Below are positions 57,238-64,000 of a DNA stretch of 64,000 nt, piece by piece. The notes beneath the pieces are model-generated. The model had not been told where the DNA came from. It saw nothing but the letters and a program-made list of their open reading frames with translations, and did not search any database. The stretch's first letter is position 1. Every line of letters begins with the position of its first letter. The translations under genes were made by a program, and so were the position numbers. This stretch comes from Bacteroidota bacterium (lineage in GTDB: Bacteria > Bacteroidota > Rhodothermia > Rhodothermales > UBA10348), in the NCBI GenBank assembly GCA_022571255.1, contig JACZYD010000001.1, positions 3,892 through 67,891 on the forward strand. The letters run 5' to 3'.

Positions 57238-58317
57238 TCACAATTGGCTGCGAAGAGAATCCAACGCGCGGAAAAACGCCTTGTTCTCGTCGTCGGTCCC
57301 GGTCGTGACCCGGAGATATCCTGTCAGTTCCGGGTAACCCGACATGTTGCGAACCAGGACACCTTGCTTCGCAAACTGCGACGCCAGTACGTCGGCAGGA
57401 ACGGACATCCGGAAAAGTACAAAATTTGCCTGCGAAGGTACCACTTCTACATCCGGCATCACGTCCAGCGCCTGCGTTATTTCGTGTATACCGGTTTTCA
57501 TTCGCCTGACCCTTTCTTCGACGATTTCAGGTCTTTTCAGGAGTTCCAGTGCAACGTGTTCGGCAAAAACGTCGACCATGAATGGAAGTCTTGCCTTCAG
57601 GAATTCCTGCATGACAGCAGGCGCACCCATCATATATCCAAGGCGCACCCCCGCCAACCCGAAGGCTTTGGAGAGAGTACGAATAATGATCAGGTTCGGG
57701 TACGAACGCAGTAATTCAAAAGCGCTCTTCTCCAAGTTGAATTCGTGGTACGCCTCGTCTACAACAACAAAACCAGCGGATTCTTCGCACAGCCGTTCGA
57801 TCACATCGAATGACATGGACAGACCTGTGGGATTATTCGGGGATGTCACGACCGTAACACTGACGCCCGGGCGTTTGCTCTCCTTAAGAATGGCATCGCC
57901 GTCGAAGGAGAGGTCACTGAGCGGAGCAATACCGTGAACGGTCGCCCCGTACAGACGCGCGACGGACTCATAAAGGGCAAACATGGGCCTTGGCATGACC
58001 ACATCTGATCCGGATGACATCAGGCACAGGCCCAGCGTATGTGTCAATTCGTTCGATCCATTTCCCACCAGAATTCCTTCAGCCGGGTGGCCGAGTGACT
58101 CGGACAACTTTTTGACCAGGCGGTGGGGTTGTGCAGGCGGATATCGATTGAAGGGAATTTTCGCGAACGATTCAAGAATATCCTTTTTCAAATCGGGCGG
58201 GATGTCAAAGGGGCATTCGTTCTGATTGAGTTTGTGCTCCACCTCGACGGCTCCCGCAACGATATAGGGTTTTTCATTGCGGACTTCCGGCCGGATGAGT
58301 TCGATCAGGCTGCGCAT
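57238..58317 (-). CDS. hisC: Histidinol-phosphate aminotransferase
   Basis: Class II aminotransferase pattern: YP...L, SPNNPTG, VVDEAY and TLSKAFGLAGVRLGY (PLP lysine). Confidence 0.85.
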   Translation of the reverse strand: MRSLIELIRPEVRNEKPYIVAGAVEVEHKLNQNECPFDIPPDLKKDILESFAKIPFNRYPPAQPHRLVKKLSESLGHPAEGILVGNGSNELTHTLGLCLMSSGSDVVMPRPMFALYESVARLYGATVHGIAPLSDLSFDGDAILKESKRPGVSVTVVTSPNNPTGLSMSFDVIERLCEESAGFVVVDEAYHEFNLEKSAFELLRSYPNLIIIRTLSKAFGLAGVRLGYMMGAPAVMQEFLKARLPFMVDVFAEHVALELLKRPEIVEERVRRMKTGIHEITQALDVMPDVEVVPSQANFVLFRMSVPADVLASQFAKQGVLVRNMSGYPELTGYLRVTTGTDDENKAFFRALDSLRSQL

Positions 58318-58322
58318 ATCTA

Positions 58323-59249
58323 CTATGGTGCAAATTGCAAAAGAATGAATACGAGCTTCTCCAGATCTGACCGAACACGTTTTCCGACCTCAAGAACTTC
58401 ACTGTGATCCAGCCCCTCATGAGATATCCCCGCTGCATAATTCGTTACAGTGGACAGTCCGGCTACCGACATTCCCAGTCGGCAGGCCTCTAAAACCTCC
58501 GGCACGGTACTCATCCCTACCACGTCGGCACCGAGCCTCTTAAAAGCTCGAATTTCAGCGGGTGTTTCGTAGCTGGGACCCCTCGTCCAGAAATACGTAC
58601 CCTCGCTCGTATCGATTCCGGCCTCACGGGCTGTCTCAGATGCTTTCGCCATCCAATTCGTATCGTAATAAAACGCGCGCTCGCGAATTCGCGAACGGGT
58701 TTCGTTTCCTGGTTCTGTGAATTCGATCTGCGACCCGCGTCGCTTGTTATCCCGAGGATGCCCCTCCTGCGGCTTGTTATCCGGCCGTTTCGCCTCGGCC
58801 GATCCTCTCCGGACGTCCGGTCGACGGCCCCATGTCCAGTCGATGTGATCCGTGATCCACATCAGAGATCCCGGCTTGAGTCCGGCGCTGATACCGCCGG
58901 CAGCGTTGGTAACAATCAAATTTCTCGCACCAATCGCATGCACAAGACGCACTGGGAAAACAACATCATCGGGCGCATAACCCTCGTACATATGCACCCT
59001 CCCCTGAACCACGACCACGTCTACGCCTGCGAGATCTCCGACGACCAGTCGACCTTCGTGTCCCGGGACCGTGGATAAAGGGTAATTCGGAATAGAGGAC
59101 GTGCGGAGTACGACAGGGTTCTTCACGGCGTCGGCCAGCGCTCCGAGGCCCGAACCAAGAATGAGCGCAACCTCCGGGGCCTTCAGAACACGCTTGTTCA
59201 CATACTCGATTGCTTGTTTCAGTTTCTCAGAATAAACGGACGGCTCCAT
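58323..59249 (-). CDS. Purine nucleoside phosphorylase (PNP/PunA family) with a charged insertion
   Basis: ALILGSGLG, GRLVVGDL...VQGRVHMYEGY, TNAAGG and GMSTVPEV motifs. A roughly 30-aa basic insertion (RRPDVRRGSAEAKRPDNKPQEGHPRDNKRRGS) follows the DHID motif. Confidence 0.85.
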   Translation of the reverse strand: MEPSVYSEKLKQAIEYVNKRVLKAPEVALILGSGLGALADAVKNPVVLRTSSIPNYPLSTVPGHEGRLVVGDLAGVDVVVVQGRVHMYEGYAPDDVVFPVRLVHAIGARNLIVTNAAGGISAGLKPGSLMWITDHIDWTWGRRPDVRRGSAEAKRPDNKPQEGHPRDNKRRGSQIEFTEPGNETRSRIRERAFYYDTNWMAKASETAREAGIDTSEGTYFWTRGPSYETPAEIRAFKRLGADVVGMSTVPEVLEACRLGMSVAGLSTVTNYAAGISHEGLDHSEVLEVGKRVRSDLEKLVFILLQFAP

Positions 59250-61929
59250 GATCTTGAGGGTATAACATTTTTATCACGACCATGGTCATGTCGTCGCTTC
59301 GTCCTGCACCCTCGATGAAGTGGTGGACATCTTCTGTAAGTGCCCGCAGAATGGCACCCGATCCGCGTGCGCCGACACGGCCCACTTTATCTACAAGTCG
59401 CTTATCTCCATACAATTCTCGCCCTGAATTCATGGCCTCAGAAAATCCATCGGTATAAAAGACGAGTGTATCACCGGCGCTCAGTGGAATAGAGATTTCT
59501 TCTATCGTTTCATCGAATATGTTGCCATCCGTGAATCCTATCGCCATGCCGGTCGGCTGGAGCGGTTCTGCATCCTGGGAATCGTGTCGTTTGAAAATCA
59601 CGGGATTGTGTCCTGCCCGGGAGAAAATGAATGTGTTGGATTCCATGTCGACCACTCCATAAATCAGCGTGATGAATGTTCCGGCCGGCGCATTGCGCCG
59701 GAAGACGTCATTGGTTCGCCGCATGACTTCGGCGGGAGATTCGACAGAAGTGCTCAATGTCTGAATGACTCCTTTAACCAGCGTCATGTAAAACGAAGCT
59801 TCAATGCCCTTTCCGCTCACATCGCCGACAACGACCGCGAGCCGATTCCGGTCGATTTTGATAAAATCAAAATAGTCTCCACCAACTTCTGTGGCTGGAA
59901 GACACATTCCTGCAATATCAAGGCCGTCGACGCTTGGCATCCGGCGAGGGAGGAACCTGCTCTGAACCTGGTGGGCGATTTCGAGTTCGCGCTTGATTCG
60001 TTCCTGACTGGCCAGTTCCGTGATGTACTCTGGAAGGAATTGATCGATGTCGCCACCAGAGCGACGGCTCAGGATTCCAACAATTCCGACTACAAAAAAA
60101 GTGGATAAGATCAACGTCGCCAGCATGCCGTCAAGCCAGGCCGGTGAACCGGCGATCAAGAATCCTTCGCTCAGCGACCAGAATATTCCGGCGACGACGT
60201 AACCGAGAAATGCAGTGAAGAAGTCGAAGCGCATCATGCTCAGGCCAAGGATACAGGCAGCCGACACAGACACGCCCACGGATACCCACCCTACACTGAG
60301 GCCGAAGGGAGCGATCTGGAGAATACCGCCGAAGACACTGATCAAGACAACGGCGAACCACCAGTGATTGGCCACCCGATACGCGAAAGCTCCGATCCCC
60401 ACAAGCAGAATCATCATCAGCAGGAATCCGAAGCCCGTTTTTCCGACAATTGCAGAGAGGACAGGCCGCATGGAGGAATCAATAAACAGATCTTGTGGAA
60501 CATCGATGTTAAGAGACGGACTTACAACCAGTGCGAGGACACCCAGGCCGAGGAGAACACCCGCCAGAGATATTCCTCGAACAATTGCCCAGCCGACGTC
60601 CGTATTTCTGACATCACCCTTGCGAATCAGGATCAATGACAGCCATTTTTCAGGCCAGATCTCCCGGGTTACCGATTCGGATACGGCGGAAATCATGAAA
60701 ACGAAAAGAGACGACGCTCCGGCAATGACTGAAAAAATCAGCAGTATGAATCCCATTTGTACCCAGAGCGGCGAACTGCTTGTACCGATCGAAGCGACGC
60801 TGAGTACCGCCAGCAGTCCCAAAAATATTCCGATCATTACAGCGTCCACAATCGCTGTTTTTACATCAATCAAACGGGCTGTTATTCGCTTGAAAAAGAC
60901 GATGAGAAGAATCACGGAAAGGATCAGGTAGATCCCCACCATCACGGCGTTGAGCACCGAGGATGTGATGTCGTTGGACTCCCGATCGGGATTGAATACT
61001 ATATCGAGTTGGTTGAGATTGCCGAGCGTCGAGACAGTAATGTCTACACGTAAAATCTGACCGAACACCGGATCTGCAGAGATGAGACGCAGCGCCGCCA
61101 GTCGCGCAGCGCTTCCGGCAACTACATGAAGCGAATCGATCCTCCAATCGAGCGCCATGGCCATGTTTTCCGGTGCGTAGAACCGGGCGAGGGAATACAC
61201 GGCCTGTGAATCGAGTTCCACAACGCGATCATTTTCCAGGTCCCGTAACATGGCTGCGGAGTAAACACTGTCGAATGGCGACCGATTCCGGCCATTTCGT
61301 ACACCTGTGAAACTGAGGTTTGCCCGCAGCGAGGAGTCTGAAACGGAGCGAAGCCGGTTTCTGACGGCAATTTCTGTAGAATCGGCTCCAGACAGCGCTG
61401 CGGCTAACGCATCCCTGTTAATCGATCTGATACCTTGTCCAACAAGAGGCAGGGCAGCTTTATTTTCAGAAAGGTTGTTGTCAAATGACCAGATTATGCC
61501 ATCCAGGGTCATTTTTAATTCAAAAATGGTCGTCGCACCGGTTAAAATGGACATAATCCCTGCCGCGGGGTCCTCAAAGGAGTATTTCACCGACCAGTAG
61601 TAGCCGGGAAGCACGTCTCCCTCGTCCGATTTAAGTACCTCGATCGTGCGCGTGCGACCCAGGTCTTCCTGCATTGCCCGCAGAAGGAGGGTATTACGCT
61701 GAATTTTTGCACCAACCGTAAAATTATCTGGTACGTACCCCTGTGTCGCCAGGAAAATATTCGATCGATTGATGATCTCGTCTTCATCCAGGTCGTAACG
61801 AGCTGTGGAATCCGGGTGGCTCCCGGGCAAGACATAAATAAATGCCCAGACGCCTAGGATTGCCGCAATGAACAACAGCACATCTACGGCGCCTCCGTGG
61901 GTCGTTATGTTTTTTTCCCCGGGTGTCAA
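59227..61929 (-). CDS. Membrane-bound PP2C/SpoIIE-family serine phosphatase with a large N-terminal extracytoplasmic domain and about 10 TM helices
   Basis: The C-terminal PPM/SpoIIE domain has GGDYFDF, VVGDVSGKG, YTDGFSEA and GRSDDMTMVVIK. A long hydrophobic multi-TM block precedes it. Confidence 0.8.
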   Translation of the reverse strand: MTPGEKNITTHGGAVDVLLFIAAILGVWAFIYVLPGSHPDSTARYDLDEDEIINRSNIFLATQGYVPDNFTVGAKIQRNTLLLRAMQEDLGRTRTIEVLKSDEGDVLPGYYWSVKYSFEDPAAGIMSILTGATTIFELKMTLDGIIWSFDNNLSENKAALPLVGQGIRSINRDALAAALSGADSTEIAVRNRLRSVSDSSLRANLSFTGVRNGRNRSPFDSVYSAAMLRDLENDRVVELDSQAVYSLARFYAPENMAMALDWRIDSLHVVAGSAARLAALRLISADPVFGQILRVDITVSTLGNLNQLDIVFNPDRESNDITSSVLNAVMVGIYLILSVILLIVFFKRITARLIDVKTAIVDAVMIGIFLGLLAVLSVASIGTSSSPLWVQMGFILLIFSVIAGASSLFVFMISAVSESVTREIWPEKWLSLILIRKGDVRNTDVGWAIVRGISLAGVLLGLGVLALVVSPSLNIDVPQDLFIDSSMRPVLSAIVGKTGFGFLLMMILLVGIGAFAYRVANHWWFAVVLISVFGGILQIAPFGLSVGWVSVGVSVSAACILGLSMMRFDFFTAFLGYVVAGIFWSLSEGFLIAGSPAWLDGMLATLILSTFFVVGIVGILSRRSGGDIDQFLPEYITELASQERIKRELEIAHQVQSRFLPRRMPSVDGLDIAGMCLPATEVGGDYFDFIKIDRNRLAVVVGDVSGKGIEASFYMTLVKGVIQTLSTSVESPAEVMRRTNDVFRRNAPAGTFITLIYGVVDMESNTFIFSRAGHNPVIFKRHDSQDAEPLQPTGMAIGFTDGNIFDETIEEISIPLSAGDTLVFYTDGFSEAMNSGRELYGDKRLVDKVGRVGARGSGAILRALTEDVHHFIEGAGRSDDMTMVVIKMLYPQDHGAVRLF

Positions 61930-62597
61930 GCTTGTTTCTCTGTAACAAACTGTTCCATTCTTTCAAATGCGAGATGCATTTGATCATAACTGAATCCGCG
62001 ACGCAAAAGATAGTCAGAAAGTTTCTTCTTGCGTATGTGTGTGTCGCTGAAACGGGAAAGTCGCCTGAATATTTTTTCTGCTGCTTTGGCTGCGAGATCC
62101 TCAGGTGAGGTGTGTTCAAAGGCTCTGGAGATCTCGGCTTCAATTATTTGCGGTGATATTCCCTTCTGCCTCAGATCCTGCCGGATTCTCATCGGACCGT
62201 ATCCTCTGTTTCGAAGCCTGCCTTCAGCGAATTCACGTGCAAATTTGCAATCGTCGAGCATGCCCAACTCGATCAGCCGCTCGATGACGCGTTCGACCGT
62301 CTCCAGACTGTAATATTCTCTGGAAAGGCGTGTTTTTACTTCTTCTATGCTTCTTGGCCGGTATCCGATAAAATGAAACGCTTTGTCTCTGGCTTTCAGG
62401 AAGGAATCTTCTTCCATCAGCCGTTCTATCTGCTCCGACGTTATGTCTACACCTTTGCTCAGGCCTTCTGACAAAACCAGGTCCATGTGAAGGCCAAAAG
62501 CAAAAGAGCCATCAATCGCAACGTTTACCCGGTTACGGAATTTGCGTTGGGCGGAAATCTCGGTGATTATGCCTGGCTCTGGTTTGGAAAACGTCAT
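61926..62597 (-). CDS. recX: Recombination regulator RecX
   Basis: ITEISAQRKFRNRVNVAIDGSFAF..., three-helix repeat pattern (RPRSIEEVKTRL, GYGPMRIRQDLRQKGI, KKKLSDYLLRRGFSYD). 4-nt overlap with the phosphatase start. Confidence 0.8.
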   Translation of the reverse strand: MTFSKPEPGIITEISAQRKFRNRVNVAIDGSFAFGLHMDLVLSEGLSKGVDITSEQIERLMEEDSFLKARDKAFHFIGYRPRSIEEVKTRLSREYYSLETVERVIERLIELGMLDDCKFAREFAEGRLRNRGYGPMRIRQDLRQKGISPQIIEAEISRAFEHTSPEDLAAKAAEKIFRRLSRFSDTHIRKKKLSDYLLRRGFSYDQMHLAFERMEQFVTEKQA

Positions 62598-62792
62598 GAT
62601 AAATTATTCAGGGTCGGTTAACAGAGATGCGGACCGAATCCGAAAAACGTCCCGCTCAGCAACAGATTCCATGTTTTTCCTGTAAGGATACCGGATGGAG
62701 GTAAAAACTGTCCGGAAAGGAGGATATTTTCGGCATGATCCAGTCAATAGACACCCTGAACAGAGATTTAAAACCCTGCTTGGACGCCCCGA

Positions 62793-63725
62793 TTATACGG
62801 GCCAGATGGCTGTAGTGCCCAGTGACAAAAGTCCGAACGCCATCGCCCATTTCAGGTAGCTGCCGGCAAGTCTTATTTCTGAAGCAGGGCCTGACAACAA
62901 TATGAGTATTCGAACGAGCAATGCCATAACGGGCAATAACGTCAACAGGTAGAGTCCTGAAAATCCCCAGATCAAATATGGAAGGGGACTGAATGCGAGG
63001 ACTCCGGCGACCAGCAATCGAATGAGTGAAAGCGATCTCGGAATGCCAATTCGGACGGGCAGAGTGCGAACATCGTGGGTGCGATCTCCTTCAATATCCG
63101 AAATATCTTTTACTGCTTCACGGGCCAGAGTGAGGAGAAAGGCAAAACCGGAAGCGATAAGCACATTGGTGTTCAACAGGTTAGTCAGATCGGCTCCGCT
63201 GCTTCCGGTAGTGCTATGGATCAGGGCGCCATAACCGACCGAGGCTGCCACGAGAAATCCGATGACCACGTTTCCAAATACAGCCACGTTTTTGAGCATC
63301 CAGTTGTACATGAGCAAGAGCCACCACAATACAAATGCGAACAGCAAATGCAGTGGCGAGATGAACCACGCAATTCCGAATGCGGCCAGGGTAATGCCGC
63401 CTCCCAGAACTTTTGCGGTCAGGACAGAAAGATTTCCGGAGGGTATCGGTCGGTGCGCCCGGTTAACCTGATCAATCGAAATATCCAAGAGGTCGTTTAC
63501 AATATTGCCGGAGGCCGCAATCAATGCCGCAACGATTCCGGCCAGGGAGGCACGAAGTACCAGGTCATTTGAAATAAGAAACGCGCCATGAACAAGGAAA
63601 CTGCCGACAAGGCATCCACTGAAAACCAGGATCAGATTAATGGGCCTCATGATTCTGATCCAGCCCGGAAGATGCAGATTCGCATTCGGCAGGTTTTTGG
63701 AATCGAATTTCAATGGGCTGTGCAT
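62793..63725 (-). CDS. UbiA-family prenyltransferase
   Basis: Polytopic membrane protein with the NDLLDISIDQVNRAHRPIPSG (NDxxDxxxD) motif and a second Asp-rich motif, KDISDIEGD. I prefer the ATG at 63725. Confidence 0.8.
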   Translation of the reverse strand: MHSPLKFDSKNLPNANLHLPGWIRIMRPINLILVFSGCLVGSFLVHGAFLISNDLVLRASLAGIVAALIAASGNIVNDLLDISIDQVNRAHRPIPSGNLSVLTAKVLGGGITLAAFGIAWFISPLHLLFAFVLWWLLLMYNWMLKNVAVFGNVVIGFLVAASVGYGALIHSTTGSSGADLTNLLNTNVLIASGFAFLLTLAREAVKDISDIEGDRTHDVRTLPVRIGIPRSLSLIRLLVAGVLAFSPLPYLIWGFSGLYLLTLLPVMALLVRILILLSGPASEIRLAGSYLKWAMAFGLLSLGTTAIWPV

Positions 63726-63738
63726 CTGAGGAACTCCA

Positions 63739-64000
63739 TCAGTTGATCTGGCGGCCGACGGCATAACTTCCCAGCACTTTAACCGAAGCCGCTACTTCTT
63801 CCAGATGGCGGAGCGCATTTTTCACCGACTCGTCGTCGCGGGATCCCCCAAGATCCAGATAAAAGACGTATTTGCCGGGGCATCCAATCAGTGGTCGACT
63901 TTCAATTTTCAACAGATCAATGTCGCGCAAAGCAAAAACAGCGAGGCTTTTAAACAGCGAACCGGGTACGTTTTCCTTTTGTGCGTATACGATGGACGTC
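63739..64000 (-). CDS. pheA: Prephenate dehydratase, C-terminal ACT domain part (5' end outside the window)
   Basis: ENVPGSLFKSLAVFALRDIDLLKIESRP...YVFYLDL is the PheA ACT-domain signature. The frame is open to the window edge. Confidence 0.75.
   Translation of the reverse strand, partial: TSIVYAQKENVPGSLFKSLAVFALRDIDLLKIESRPLIGCPGKYVFYLDLGGSRDDESVKNALRHLEEVAASVKVLGSYAVGRQIN

Overview
This is a gene-dense chromosomal segment with about 55 credible CDS, moderately GC-rich by eye. It looks like an FCB-group bacterium (Bacteroidota/Rhodothermota/Balneolota-like). The lineage clues are two T9SS C-terminal sorting domains, an atpD-atpC pair without the other atp genes, a translationally coupled miaB / sigma-54 activator / lptE-like trio, the bacillithiol genes bshB1 and bshC, bamD and rpoN. 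Most genes are housekeeping: ruvC, yebC, miaB, anmK, thiL, atpDC, ruvB, rpoN, gcvP, rnc, nadD, guaA, gcvH, accBC, efp, leuS, hisC, a purine nucleoside phosphorylase, recX and a partial pheA. I recognised no rRNA, tRNA, CRISPR array, transposase or integrase. Five things deserve a second look. (1) An STT3/AglB/PglB-type oligosaccharyltransferase with a WDYG motif is start-overlapped with a VanZ-like gene and sits directly upstream of a 1294-aa T9SS-secreted multidomain protein. (2) A 1.6 kb gene-poor island lies between rpoN and an HMG-CoA-lyase-like gene; it holds a well-spaced -24/-12 sigma-54 promoter match, a 25-bp near-perfect dyad about 80 bp upstream of it, and hairpins compatible with a small RNA. 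(3) Short, near-perfect tandem duplications are unusually frequent: in-frame ones (15/27/30/36 bp) lie inside conserved enzymes, and 20/23/24/30-bp ones lie at gene ends, including a 9-unit 23-bp array that forms the 3' end of thiL. (4) A CoA-acylating aldehyde dehydrogenase carries a roughly 120-aa disordered basic tail, and a KaiC/RecA-like pseudo-ATPase fused to a degenerate GGDEF-like domain is transcribed divergently from it. (5) An orphan T9SS sorting-domain ORF has no signal peptide, and a convergent gene pair overlaps by 234 bp. All functional calls come from reading motifs in the supplied translations; no database search was run.
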